From a virus (taxonomy: Duplodnaviria > Caudoviricetes): a DNA stretch of 38,064 nucleotides. The notes beneath the pieces were generated by a model. It made no database searches. It was not told the DNA's origin and saw only the letters and a list, made by a program, of their open reading frames with translations. Below, piece after piece: positions 1-9,675 of the stretch. Where the stretch lies: positions 1-38,064 of IMG/VR virus record IMGVR_UViG_3300038829_000037, one strand, 5' to 3'. A program made the translations under genes and the position numbers. Every line of letters starts with the position of its first letter. Position 1 is the first letter of the stretch.

Positions 1-126
1 AATTTCAAAACTAGATGTGGGAAACTGCAAAGGAAAGTGCATACTCTCGGTAAGCAACGGAAAGATGACAAGAGAACGAGTGTTGATGCCTAACACTGCA
101 TTTCGTTTGTTTAGCAAGTCAAGGAT
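1..126. repeat. Terminal direct repeat (left copy); circular assembly overlap
   Basis: 1-126 identical to 37938-38063; the next base differs (G127 vs C38064). Confidence 0.95.
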
Positions 127-173
127 GCAGAGAGATATAGCTTTGAAAAATGTGTCCATGTTGTTTTTTTGAT

Positions 174-827
174 ATGAGTTACGCAACTAGAATGAATCTT
201 GCCAGAATGCATCTGGGAAACATCGGGAGAAAACAGTCGGCGGAGACTATTGCAAAACGAATAGCAAAAACGACTGGGATGAAAAGAACAGCAGAACAAA
301 GGAAAAGAATGAGCGAGGCGGCGAAGGGAAGAGTCTTGTCTGAAGAGCATAAAGAGAAAATGAGAAGTTTTCGTTTGGGAAAGAAAGCGTCAAAAGAATC
401 AAGGTTAAAGATGAGTGAATCCGCAAAAGGAAAGAATACTTGGAGTCGTGGAAGAAAGTTGAGTGAAGAAACGAGACGAAAGATGAGTGCCTCACGAATG
501 GGGGGAAAGCATTGGAATTGGAAGGGCGGATATGAGCGGGTGCTTATGTATAACAGGAATAGAAGAATAAAGAAGTTGGGTAATGGCGGTTCCCACACGC
601 TCGCTGACTGGGATGCGCTCAAGGATTTCTATAACCACATGTGTCTTTGTTGCAAGCGATACGAGCCAGAGATTAAACTAACGGAAGACCATATCGTTCC
701 AGTATCAAAATGCGGAAGTAACGACATCTCCAACATTCAACCACTTTGCAAGTCGTGTAACAGCAGGAAACAGGATAAATACATTGACTACATAAGTAAT
801 TATCAGACGTCTCAACTATTTTTCTGA
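174..827 (+). CDS. NUMOD3-repeat HNH homing endonuclease
   Basis: Repeated basic SEExxxKMS motifs, HWNWKGG, C-terminal [22 protein letters not shown]/Zn core; ATG 174 follows the upstream stop (TGA-T-ATG). Confidence 0.9.
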   Translation: MSYATRMNLARMHLGNIGRKQSAETIAKRIAKTTGMKRTAEQRKRMSEAAKGRVLSEEHKEKMRSFRLGKKASKESRLKMSESAKGKNTWSRGRKLSEETRRKMSASRMGGKHWNWKGGYERVLMYNRNRRIKKLGNGGSHTLADWDALKDFYNHMCLCCKRYEPEIKLTEDHIVPVSKCGSNDISNIQPLCKSCNSRKQDKYIDYISNYQTSQLFF

Positions 828-828
828 T

Positions 829-2652
829 ATGGCAATGCCTTCTACTATCGTTGATTACGTCAAAGAGCAGGAAACTGCATTTGAGACTCAGCAAGTACAA
901 ATAGGTGATAATTGGTTGTGGTCATTTCGTTATCATGTCCAAATAATCTTTCATCTTAAAAATGGAATCTTTTTCACTGGAGAGAATAAATGGCTTCGTG
1001 CGTTCAAGAACATCATGGAGCCTATTCTTAACCTCGCCTATTGGTCGGAGGATATTGAGGTAAAGGACGTTATCTTCTACGAAGACGAAGGAAGTCGTAT
1101 TAATTCATTTCTGATAAAGAAATACCACGACGAAGTGTATGTAAAAGAAAACAACCTAGATACTCTTTTTGATGAAATTACCGAGTGCGATGTTGATTTT
1201 GGTGGGGTTCTAGTTCAAGAGACAAATACCCCAAAACCAGAAGTGTTGGAACTCCAATCCATAGCATTCTGCGACCAGACGGATATTCTTGGTGCGCCGA
1301 TAGCATTTAAGCTAAACTTTGCACCAGAGAAACTCCGTGCAATGAAGAAAAATGGCTGGGGTAGTGAGAAGAACGGCGCGACTATTTCCATAGAAGATTT
1401 GATTGTGCTTGCAGACGCGAACAAAACACCCGCAGGAATGCCTGGGAAACCGAATAAGAGCACTGGCAAGAGTGTGGAAGTGTATATCATTCGAGGTAGT
1501 CTTCCTGAACATTATCTCAAAGATAATGACGATATGGAGACTTACTGCTACCAGTTGGAAATAGTCGCGCTCTACACTGACAAAGACAGCAATAAACAAG
1601 GCGTAATTCTGTATCGAAAAGAAGAAGATGAGGATAAGATTCTTTTCCACACCTCAAAGAAGGTATATGGACGGGCACTCGGTAGAGGCGTCGGAGAGAC
1701 ACTTCTACACCCACAAATATGGACGAACTTCCTGGAGATTCACAAGATGAATATGCTGGAAGCTGGCTCCAAAGTTCCACTCTATACCGATGATCCGACA
1801 TACACACAAAAGAATAGGATTCAAGATATGGAGAATCTTGAAATCACCACGATTGAGGATAATAAGCGTATTTACCAAGTACCTACAGTAGCCCCTGCTA
1901 ATGTTCAGTTGCTTGATAAGGCGATAAACGAGTTCTATGAGCACGCGCAGCTCGCTGGGGCGGCATTTGATCCGCTTATGGGCAAGGAACAAGTGTCGGG
2001 AACGACATTCAGGGGGCAGGAACGTGCCGTACAGCAAGGGAAAGGGCCGCATGATCGCAAGCGAGGGCAACGCGCAAAGTTTATTGAGGAAATCTATCGC
2101 AAGATGATTATTCCGAAGATGAAGAAAGAAATACTGAAAGGAAAGAAGTTCCTCGCCGAACTCTCAATGGATGAGCTATCGTGGGTCACGGAACAGTTGG
2201 TTACAAATCAAACCAATCAAATGGTGAAAGATAAGATTTTGAATGGTGAATTGATAACCCAGGAAGAAATAGACGCATACAAGCAGTTGGCAACCGAGAC
2301 GTTTAAGAAGAAAGGAAACAAGCATCTCTTAGAAATCCTGAAAGGAGAAATGGAAGGTATTGAAATTAAAATGGGTATAAATATCGCTGGTAAACAGAAA
2401 GACCTCGCCGGACTCTCCGATAAAGTCTTGTCTATCTTCCAGTTCGTTCTAGGTAATCCGCAGATTCAACAGACAATGCAAGCAGTCCCTGGTCTTGCGA
2501 AGAGCTTTAACGACATTATGGAGTACAGCGGCATTTCCCCCGTAGACTTCGCCACATTCACAACGATGCAACCACAAATGGCACAAGAGCAACAAATGCA
2601 GCCACAGAAAGTATCACAAGTGCTTCCTAGTCCGATCCCCAGCCCCGTATGA
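829..2652 (+). CDS. Portal protein (putative)
   Basis: 607 aa, lies between terminase (across the join) and scaffold/coat; GRALGRGVGE segment and Q/P-rich tail typical of podovirus-type portals. Confidence 0.75.
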   Translation: MAMPSTIVDYVKEQETAFETQQVQIGDNWLWSFRYHVQIIFHLKNGIFFTGENKWLRAFKNIMEPILNLAYWSEDIEVKDVIFYEDEGSRINSFLIKKYHDEVYVKENNLDTLFDEITECDVDFGGVLVQETNTPKPEVLELQSIAFCDQTDILGAPIAFKLNFAPEKLRAMKKNGWGSEKNGATISIEDLIVLADANKTPAGMPGKPNKSTGKSVEVYIIRGSLPEHYLKDNDDMETYCYQLEIVALYTDKDSNKQGVILYRKEEDEDKILFHTSKKVYGRALGRGVGETLLHPQIWTNFLEIHKMNMLEAGSKVPLYTDDPTYTQKNRIQDMENLEITTIEDNKRIYQVPTVAPANVQLLDKAINEFYEHAQLAGAAFDPLMGKEQVSGTTFRGQERAVQQGKGPHDRKRGQRAKFIEEIYRKMIIPKMKKEILKGKKFLAELSMDELSWVTEQLVTNQTNQMVKDKILNGELITQEEIDAYKQLATETFKKKGNKHLLEILKGEMEGIEIKMGINIAGKQKDLAGLSDKVLSIFQFVLGNPQIQQTMQAVPGLAKSFNDIMEYSGISPVDFATFTTMQPQMAQEQQMQPQKVSQVLPSPIPSPV

Positions 2653-2876
2653 TAAACAAAAATAAAGTTAAGGACTTCATATATGACAGTGCTATGTCAG
2701 GTTCCGTATATGAAGTCCTCATGGCGTTCTTCCTTAAAAAGAGAGATACGAAGGACGTGCAAATGCTCGCGGCTGAAAGAATGTCGGCTCTTATGTTGGA
2801 AGACGCGTGGCGTGAGTTAGAGAAGTTCAAAACGGAACCAAAAGAACCGAAAGAGTCAGGGAATGTAGGTTTATAA
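2649..2876 (+). CDS. Hypothetical protein
   Basis: ATGA overlap with the portal stop. Confidence 0.7.
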   Translation: MINKNKVKDFIYDSAMSGSVYEVLMAFFLKKRDTKDVQMLAAERMSALMLEDAWRELEKFKTEPKEPKESGNVGL

Positions 2877-2878
2877 CA

Positions 2879-2917
2879 TGGGGATAAATCTACTTGACAG
2901 AAAAAGCATGGTAAAAT
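2879..2917 (+). promoter_or_regulatory. Promoter with DnaA-box-like element
   Basis: TGGGGATAA 2879-2887, TTGACA 2894-2899, TGgTAAAAT 2909-2917. Confidence 0.6.
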
Positions 2918-2941
2918 TACAAGGACTAATTAAAAACTAAT

Positions 2942-3379
2942 ATGACTTTACAGAAAACCTCTTTATACGGAATTGTTATCGCGTTAGTTCTAGCGGTAGT
3001 TTATTTAATGGGTTCGCAAGCTCAGACATTCACGGCAGAAGCGAGCACAATTATGGGGAATGATTACATGGCTACATCTTCTGCCGCAAGTAACATATTC
3101 GGGGCTACAACAGTTGGTAGAATAATCAAAACTGGTTCAGGGACACTATCGGCAGTTGTTATTATGGGAGCGAATACAGGAGTGATGAACTTCTATAACG
3201 CAACCACGACAAATATCCTTGCGAGAACAGGAAATACGTCAACGTCGTCGGTACTCATTGCTTCATTCCCAGCCAGTATTGCGGCTGGAACGTATACCCT
3301 TGACGCAGAGTTTAACGCTGGGCTTCTGCTGGAACTCTGGTCAGGGAATATGGCGACCTCGACTGTCGTATATCGGTAG
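2942..3379 (+). CDS. Putative virion-region protein with N-terminal signal/TM helix
   Basis: Hydrophobic YGIVIALVLAVVYLMG followed by a beta-rich T/S/G domain. Confidence 0.75.
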   Translation: MTLQKTSLYGIVIALVLAVVYLMGSQAQTFTAEASTIMGNDYMATSSAASNIFGATTVGRIIKTGSGTLSAVVIMGANTGVMNFYNATTTNILARTGNTSTSSVLIASFPASIAAGTYTLDAEFNAGLLLELWSGNMATSTVVYR

Positions 3380-3402
3380 ATTAACAAAATAACTTATTAT
3401 TT

Positions 3403-3549
3403 ATGTCAACACTTAATGAAGCCCGCCAGCCAAGCCTAAAGGATAAACTCGCGGCACAGGAGAAAGCATTGATTAAGGAAGAGGTAGCTGTAGAGGTCGA
3501 ACTAGAGGCGGTAAAGAAGGCTAAAAAGCGTGCGGGGAAGAAAAATTAA
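3403..3549 (+). CDS. Small charged hypothetical protein (48 aa)
   Basis: Own translation MSTLNEARQPSLKDKL...KKRAGKKN; fills the gap in the operon. Confidence 0.6.
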   Translation: MSTLNEARQPSLKDKLAAQEKALIKEEVAVEVELEAVKKAKKRAGKKN

Positions 3550-3557
3550 CAGGTAAT

Positions 3558-4124
3558 ATGAACAATATGAAAAACAACATTGTAGCGGGTGCACTCGTAG
3601 TTATTGCAGTTCTCGTGAGTTCGTTCTTATTCAAGCCAGTGGTAAACGTAACAGTTAATCCCGAACGGCCATTCGGTGTAGCCCCAGGTAACGATTTCAC
3701 TAATCAGGTTAATTTCTCTGGCGGTGTTATAAATAGCCGTCAGGTGGCAACATCATCTCAAGGGTCAGTTACTGTCGCAGTAAACGAATTCAGGGATTGG
3801 GCGAATGGTTCAATAGTTTCTTATGCGCCTGGTCTTCTTGCGGGGGGTACGCTTACGCTTCCAGCGTCTTCAACTATTCCCTCACTTGTACCAAGGGCAG
3901 GTGATAGGCAGACGTTCTGTATTCGCAATGCTACGACGACAGCAGGTGTAGTTGTAACGCTTGCAGGAGGCACTGGAACGAATCTTGTCGTAGCTTCATC
4001 TTCAGCGTCGGCGGTTGGTTCAAAAGTTCTTCTCACTGGGAAGGTTGGATGTATCACACTCATACGTCAAGCATCAACTGCCACATCATTCGATATAGAT
4101 GCTCTTCTGACTATATTTAATTAG
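3558..4124 (+). CDS. Putative capsid decoration-like protein with N-terminal TM helix
   Basis: IVAGALVVIAVLVSSFLF anchor; TLTLPASST..GD..F.IRN beta domain. Confidence 0.6.
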   Translation: MNNMKNNIVAGALVVIAVLVSSFLFKPVVNVTVNPERPFGVAPGNDFTNQVNFSGGVINSRQVATSSQGSVTVAVNEFRDWANGSIVSYAPGLLAGGTLTLPASSTIPSLVPRAGDRQTFCIRNATTTAGVVVTLAGGTGTNLVVASSSASAVGSKVLLTGKVGCITLIRQASTATSFDIDALLTIFN

Positions 4125-4233
4125 TTAGATAAGGGTTTTTGGTTCTTGCCCTCACAAAGAAGCCCGCGGTTCTCAATCCGTCAAAAATTGGATTGCACTA
4201 TCATTAGTGTTAATTAATGAAAACAAAAACGTT

Positions 4234-4794
4234 ATGGACACGGAAACAACCGAAACAGGAGTTACTACTGAAACAGGTAACGGAGAAGGCGAGCAGGGTG
4301 CAGAGACAATCGCAGTTTCTAAAAAGGACTACGAAACTCTCAATCAGACACTCGGCTCTCTCAAGCGAGAACTCAAGGACTTGAAAAAGACCAAAGATAC
4401 CGCGACAGAAACTCCTACAAAAACCAAACCAGAGGAATTTGGTCTATTGCAAAAATCGTTCCTTCGTGCGGCTGGAATCTCCGATGCCGAAGAAGTAGAA
4501 CTTGCTCTTTTAACCGCTAAGAAATGGGGAGTAGAGATTGACCAAGTGGTTGATGATGAGGACTTTAAGGTAAAACTTGAACGTCATCGAACATCAAAAT
4601 CTAACGCTCTCGCAACATCTAATGTTCGCGGAAGTGCTGGCACCACGCAAGCTAAACTCACACCAGAGTATTGGATTTCAAAAGGTGCCCCGCCTACCAA
4701 GGCAGACATCCCAGATAGAAAAACCCGCGCCAAAATTGTGAGAACGATGATGGCGAAGGCAAGTACCGGAGGAAAGACATTCTACAACGATTAG
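4234..4794 (+). CDS. Capsid scaffolding protein (putative)
   Basis: Acidic T/E-rich N-terminus, coiled coil, immediately upstream of the coat gene. Confidence 0.65.
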   Translation: MDTETTETGVTTETGNGEGEQGAETIAVSKKDYETLNQTLGSLKRELKDLKKTKDTATETPTKTKPEEFGLLQKSFLRAAGISDAEEVELALLTAKKWGVEIDQVVDDEDFKVKLERHRTSKSNALATSNVRGSAGTTQAKLTPEYWISKGAPPTKADIPDRKTRAKIVRTMMAKASTGGKTFYND

Positions 4795-4805
4795 GCTCGA
4801 CAATA

Positions 4806-4906
4806 ACTGATCTTCTGTGATTAGCAGGTTCTAATCAATTTGATGTAAGTTCTTCGTTATCATTAACGAGTTCGTAAAATCAAGTTAAACTTATCACAGA
4901 CACAGT
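4806..4906 (+). ncRNA. Structured, probably pseudoknotted cis-RNA directly 5' of the coat reading frame
   Basis: ACTG4806/CAGT4903; TCTGTGAT4814/ATCACAGA4893; GATTAG4819/CTAATC4831; AATTTGAT4837/ATCAAGTT4879; TTCGTTA4853/TAACGAG4864; TAAGTT4846/AACTTA4888 crossing pair; mismatches resolve as G-U on the + strand. Confidence 0.7.
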
Positions 4907-5762
4907 AAACGTCATCACGTATGAAACAACATACGATGATGTACTTCAGGACAGACTAGATCATCCAACGACCTTTAAGGAGATGTGCAATATTACGATA
5001 ACCGACACGCGCGTTATCTCATCTTCTTACATGTCCACGACACCTTCGGTAACTACAGTTACCCGAGGCACTGGACATGACCTTACTCTCTACGAGGAAA
5101 CCGCAGAAACTCTGACGATTTCTACCGGACGAGATTTGGGTATCTTCATGGATTGGGGCGATATCGCACAGTCTCCGTGGTCAAAACCCGCAGAGCTGTT
5201 CGATAGAATTGGTGCTTTGCTGAATGAATACATTGAAGGAGCTGTCCTTGGGCAACATGCCGAGTGGACTGACTTTGACAATGCTTCTATCGGCGGCGCG
5301 GCTGGGAACATCACTGTTTCCGCTTCCAACATCGACGACATTATCCGTGGCGTGAAGCGGGAAATCCGCGAAGGCAACGGTGGGTCGAAGATGAACCAGT
5401 TCGGCGTAGGTTTCGTGTGGCGTGCGGCTGACTTTGAGTATCTGGAAGCATTCGTGCAAGCAAACGGCTTCACAACCGCTGACCAGGCTCTCAAAGAAGG
5501 CACAGTAGAAGGATTGCACTATCTTGGTGCAGACCACTATTGGTCAAACGAGCACACAGCAAACCACGTCTTCGCTGGCGTGAAGAAGACACAGCGACTC
5601 GGTATTCTCCGTGGAACGTATGGTCGTGCACACACGATTGACTTCCCAGCGAGTTCCGAGAACAACTTCCTATCGGGACAGGCATATTACTCGCGTGTAG
5701 ATATTGGTTTGCTCCATCCTACCGCGCATAATGCGCTCAGTTACGATGTGGCAGTTGCGTAG
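4902..5762 (+). CDS. Major capsid protein, P22-coat-like (start uncertain, probably non-canonical)
   Basis: Frame open from 4878 (after TAA 4875): ..TVNVITYETTYDDVLQDRLDHPTTFKEMC..; first ATG only at 4983; position after scaffold and sequence style fit coat proteins. Confidence 0.8.
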   Translation, partial: TVNVITYETTYDDVLQDRLDHPTTFKEMCNITITDTRVISSSYMSTTPSVTTVTRGTGHDLTLYEETAETLTISTGRDLGIFMDWGDIAQSPWSKPAELFDRIGALLNEYIEGAVLGQHAEWTDFDNASIGGAAGNITVSASNIDDIIRGVKREIREGNGGSKMNQFGVGFVWRAADFEYLEAFVQANGFTTADQALKEGTVEGLHYLGADHYWSNEHTANHVFAGVKKTQRLGILRGTYGRAHTIDFPASSENNFLSGQAYYSRVDIGLLHPTAHNALSYDVAVA

Positions 5763-5772
5763 TGCTTCATCT

Positions 5773-5881
5773 TTGTCCATTTCTTCGGAAGTGGGCAAGA
5801 TATGGGACACAACCATAAAATCACGAATAGAGTATGGGAAAGAAAATACGCTGTGGTGGCGTTTCTTTCCCGCACTCTATT
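5773..5881 (+). terminator. Hairpins 3' of the coat gene (terminator or mRNA stabiliser)
   Basis: TTGTCCATTTC-TTCG-GAAGTGGGCAA (cUUCGg loop) 5773-5798 and a long stem 5826-5881. Confidence 0.65.
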
Positions 5882-5899
5882 TATGAATAATTTTTAATT

Positions 5900-6640
5900 A
5901 TGCAGGTCTATAACACGGGTAGTACAGAAAACTCTCTCATACACGAAGCGTGGGACTTGGTAGATGCGGATATTACCTCCTACCCTCTTGCAAGAGTCTT
6001 CAGGCGGTTTAATTTTGCATTAGAAAAGCTTGTTGGAATTGCCATCAACACGGACGGAGTATTTGAATACGATGATACTAATTATACCAATTTACCTGTA
6101 GGAACAGGGACTCTTGTTGAGGGACAAGAAAGCTATTCGTTCTCCTCTGAGTATTTGAAAATCAAGCGGGTCAAAGTTAAAGACACCGATTTACAGTGGC
6201 GACTATTGACACAAATAGACCAGAGCGACTTACAAGCACAGGGACTTACGATAGAAGAATACTTTGGACTTGACAGCAGCGGAAATGCTAAAAAAGGATT
6301 CCCCACGTATTATGACATCCTGGGAGATACGATACGACTCTATCCCGCTCCGACTTCAACATCGGTAACATTAGCCGCAGGATTAAAGATTGATTTCGTT
6401 CGGACGGCTGACCTATTTACGGTCGCAGACACTACGCAAGAGCCAGGACTTCCTTCAATTTTCCATTATCTTCTTCCAACATGGGCGGCTCTTAAATATG
6501 CACAGTCATACAAGAAAGATCGCGTAAACGATTTGCGGATTGAATGGGAAACGGGCGTAAAAGATTTTATAAAGCATTTCTCAAAGAGGAATCCTGACCG
6601 CAGAGATATTATGACTCCAAAACGTATCCTATATATTTAA
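5900..6640 (+). CDS. Head-tail adaptor protein (putative)
   Basis: Follows coat; G.PTYY..I.LYPAP motif typical of phage adaptor proteins. Confidence 0.65.
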   Translation: MQVYNTGSTENSLIHEAWDLVDADITSYPLARVFRRFNFALEKLVGIAINTDGVFEYDDTNYTNLPVGTGTLVEGQESYSFSSEYLKIKRVKVKDTDLQWRLLTQIDQSDLQAQGLTIEEYFGLDSSGNAKKGFPTYYDILGDTIRLYPAPTSTSVTLAAGLKIDFVRTADLFTVADTTQEPGLPSIFHYLLPTWAALKYAQSYKKDRVNDLRIEWETGVKDFIKHFSKRNPDRRDIMTPKRILYI

Positions 6641-6642
6641 TT

Positions 6643-6831
6643 ATGGCTGTTACCCTCACACCAGAAAATAAATCAACTCTCACGATAACGAATGAGAGCA
6701 AGCCCTCTAGCGGAAAGTGGAACTCCGACGCTACTCGCACGTGGGGAGATGGTGGAACGTGGGGACAGCCGGGAACTTTTATTCTAAAAGAGACAAAGAA
6801 TACTTTAGCAATAAATAACGAAACAAAATGA
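6643..6831 (+). CDS. Small hypothetical structural protein
   Basis: Tightly coupled ORF with repeated (T/N)E.K and TWG motifs. Confidence 0.6.
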   Translation: MAVTLTPENKSTLTITNESKPSSGKWNSDATRTWGDGGTWGQPGTFILKETKNTLAINNETK

Positions 6832-7874
6832 CTTATATAATTTCAGCTGTCGTTAGTGCAATCCTCCTTGTAACGGCTCTCAACGTACCTGCTCATATCT
6901 TTTCTGTAAAAAACCTGTTCCCGAACCAGATATTTGGCGCATTCACGCAAATAACATCAACCGATAACCTCGCGGATTTTCCCACAACATACAACGCAAA
7001 TCTAAACAAAACGATTGAAGTCGGGACAACTTCAGTGGCTTCTATAACTACGCTAGCAAACCTTTCGACGCTAGGAACGATTACTTCGGGGATATGGAAC
7101 GGCACAGTGATAGGCGTAGCCTATAACGGCACAGGCACGACCTCTCCGACATTAAATCAAGTAATGCTCGGAAATAGCTCTAGCGGATTCAAGGTAGTAT
7201 CAGGTTTCGGCAATTCTGGGCAATTCCTCACTTCAGGCGGCGCGGCAACCCCACCGACTTGGACGACATCGGCGATAGACCAAGCGGCGAACTATACTTG
7301 GACGGGGCATCATATATTTTCCTCATTGTTCGCAACCGCAGCTTCAAGCACGAACGCAACCACGACGAATATGTGGGTCACAGGACTTGGCACGGCTGCA
7401 GGTACATTGGTTGCAGCGAATCCCCTCGGACAACTCATCGCTACAAGTACACCAGTCTCTTCGTATGTAGGAACAACTATTGCGACGAGTAGTAGTGCCG
7501 TAAGCGTTACCTACTCCTCGGATTATACTTACACCACCCCATTTCAACCGACAACAATCATCCTGCATATAAAAGGATTAGGTCGAGATAGTAGTGGAGC
7601 TGTAAAATACACGATAGGCACTAACTTATTCTCTGGCACATCTTGTGTCAGCGGTCTGATTATGAAAAACAATGAAACGGCCGACACGATGCTTCCGTCG
7701 GGTACTACCGTCGGTTGTTCTCTCCAAGCAGGAGACAGTGCAACAAACTGGTCGCAGATGACCGTATCTATTCCAAGTATTACGGCGACAAGTTTCACTG
7801 TGAGAGTAAGTTATTCCTCTGGCATAACTGGGGGGTCTTCCAGTATGAATATAGCCCCAGTAGCCAACCGATAA
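6828..7874 (+). CDS. Thr/Ser/Gly-rich fibre-like protein with N-terminal TM/signal
   Basis: YIISAVVSAILLVTAL; TLGTITSGIWNGT..GTG and ASSTNATTT motifs. Confidence 0.7.
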   Translation: MTYIISAVVSAILLVTALNVPAHIFSVKNLFPNQIFGAFTQITSTDNLADFPTTYNANLNKTIEVGTTSVASITTLANLSTLGTITSGIWNGTVIGVAYNGTGTTSPTLNQVMLGNSSSGFKVVSGFGNSGQFLTSGGAATPPTWTTSAIDQAANYTWTGHHIFSSLFATAASSTNATTTNMWVTGLGTAAGTLVAANPLGQLIATSTPVSSYVGTTIATSSSAVSVTYSSDYTYTTPFQPTTIILHIKGLGRDSSGAVKYTIGTNLFSGTSCVSGLIMKNNETADTMLPSGTTVGCSLQAGDSATNWSQMTVSIPSITATSFTVRVSYSSGITGGSSSMNIAPVANR

Positions 7875-7876
7875 CT

Positions 7877-9352
7877 ATGGGACAAATCATACCAACAAAA
7901 ATAGTGCGTTTTGATGGGGGGATGCAGAATGACATCCGTTCTGATAAATCGAATGGACTACGACTTGTAAAAAACGCTGATATTCTCACTTATCCATCAA
8001 AAATAAAACCGTACAATTCTTCTGAATCAGGGAACGATACGCCAGCGCGTGAATTTGCGGCATTTCTTTATGCGAACTCTCGTTTATATGGATTAGGTGT
8101 TCAAACAGGAACATCGAGAGTAAGTATTTTTTATAAAGATTCGTATACTGATGGGACTTGGAACGGTGTAGCTAATGGCGATTCTGGCGCATTTGCAAGA
8201 AAAACAGGGTTGTTTGTTTATTATAAAGGTGATATTTATGGGGCGCAAACGGATAGGATTTGGAAGTTTAATGCAGGGGTAGCTTTTGCTGATGCTGATT
8301 TATCTATTGCACATACCACAGTATCAAATGGCATAGTGCACTCGAAAGATGACCGTCTCTATATCGGAGTAGATAATAAAATAATAAGGAAAAATGATGC
8401 GACAACTTGGGACGCAACGGCAAGCGGTGTTGTTCTAACTCTACCAACTGATTATTATTTAACGTCAATTTGCGAGTACGGTAATTATCTCGCAATAGCG
8501 TGTGCTCCACTAACGACAGCAGGACGACAAAACTCACGAGTATTTCTCTGGGATAGGGACTCTTCACTCACGACACTTTCAGAATCCATTGACTGGGGTG
8601 CGGGAACACTTCTCGTTCTTGAAGAAATGGCAGGGGAATTGATTGGAATAATGCAACTCGGTTCACGGCTTATTGTAAAAAGATATGCTGGCATACAGGG
8701 AGCGCAAGTGATTATGGAATTTGTCGCGGATTCAACCATTGAATTAAAGCAAATCAAACAGATTCTCAATAATCGTTTGTATTTTATGTTGAAAGCAGTG
8801 ATAGACGGCACAACTCATTATGGGGTGTGGACGATAGGGAAAAACTCTGAAGGGGTATATGCACTATCTATTGACCGAACACCGAACAATGACACTGACC
8901 CTAATTCGCAAACTGGATTCTATATCGCGACAGTTTCAGGGGTAGATTATATGTTTATCGCATACTCAACAACCGTAACAAATGACAGTCTATCTAAAAC
9001 AAACGATTCTGCTACAACTTTTTCTCATAATACAACTATCGAATCTCTTATCTATGACGGTGGTGATGCGTCGCGGACAAAGAAACTCATTGGAGTAACT
9101 GTAATGTATGAACCACTCCCGACAGCGGGTTCGGTGACAGTGAAATATAAAAAAGACGAAGATTCGTCGTGGACGACCATATTCACCGACACAACGGATA
9201 ACTCCATTTCACACAGTGCGATAAATATAGAATCTTCAGGTGCGACGCTACCTGAATATAAAGAATGTCATTTACAAATCCTTGCCACAGGTGGCGCAGC
9301 GGTAACTGGGTTCTCGTTTGAAAGTGAGGTGGTGTCGAAACGAATATATTGA
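7877..9352 (+). CDS. Tail nozzle/tubular (beta-propeller-like) protein, putative
   Basis: Starts with FDGG motif, beta-rich, ~490 aa, after the adaptor as in podoviruses. Confidence 0.6.
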   Translation: MGQIIPTKIVRFDGGMQNDIRSDKSNGLRLVKNADILTYPSKIKPYNSSESGNDTPAREFAAFLYANSRLYGLGVQTGTSRVSIFYKDSYTDGTWNGVANGDSGAFARKTGLFVYYKGDIYGAQTDRIWKFNAGVAFADADLSIAHTTVSNGIVHSKDDRLYIGVDNKIIRKNDATTWDATASGVVLTLPTDYYLTSICEYGNYLAIACAPLTTAGRQNSRVFLWDRDSSLTTLSESIDWGAGTLLVLEEMAGELIGIMQLGSRLIVKRYAGIQGAQVIMEFVADSTIELKQIKQILNNRLYFMLKAVIDGTTHYGVWTIGKNSEGVYALSIDRTPNNDTDPNSQTGFYIATVSGVDYMFIAYSTTVTNDSLSKTNDSATTFSHNTTIESLIYDGGDASRTKKLIGVTVMYEPLPTAGSVTVKYKKDEDSSWTTIFTDTTDNSISHSAINIESSGATLPEYKECHLQILATGGAAVTGFSFESEVVSKRIY

Positions 9353-9353
9353 T

Positions 9354-9656
9354 ATGAACGAGGACACTGTACGCCGAATAGTGAAAGAGGAGATATCAGG
9401 TCTTTTCAGATTAGATGGCTATAGGTTTGAAAAACATCTACAACTGCTCGATGGACGGAATGTACAGACAGGAAGAACGACGGGAACGAAAATCGCTACT
9501 GCATCTGACCAACTTCTTGGTTTTTATGGCGCAACTCCCGTGGATAGGCCAGCAACAATTTCAGACCCGTCAGGTGGTGCAACGATAGATAGTCAAGCAC
9601 GAACGGCTATCAACACAATTATAGATCGATTGCAAGAACTTGGACTTATCGCGTGA
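9354..9656 (+). CDS. Hypothetical structural protein
   Basis: LGFYGATP..AINTIIDRLQELGLIA C-terminus resembles head-fibre-like small proteins. Confidence 0.6.
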   Translation: MNEDTVRRIVKEEISGLFRLDGYRFEKHLQLLDGRNVQTGRTTGTKIATASDQLLGFYGATPVDRPATISDPSGGATIDSQARTAINTIIDRLQELGLIA

Positions 9657-9675
9657 TATAATTATTAAAACACAT

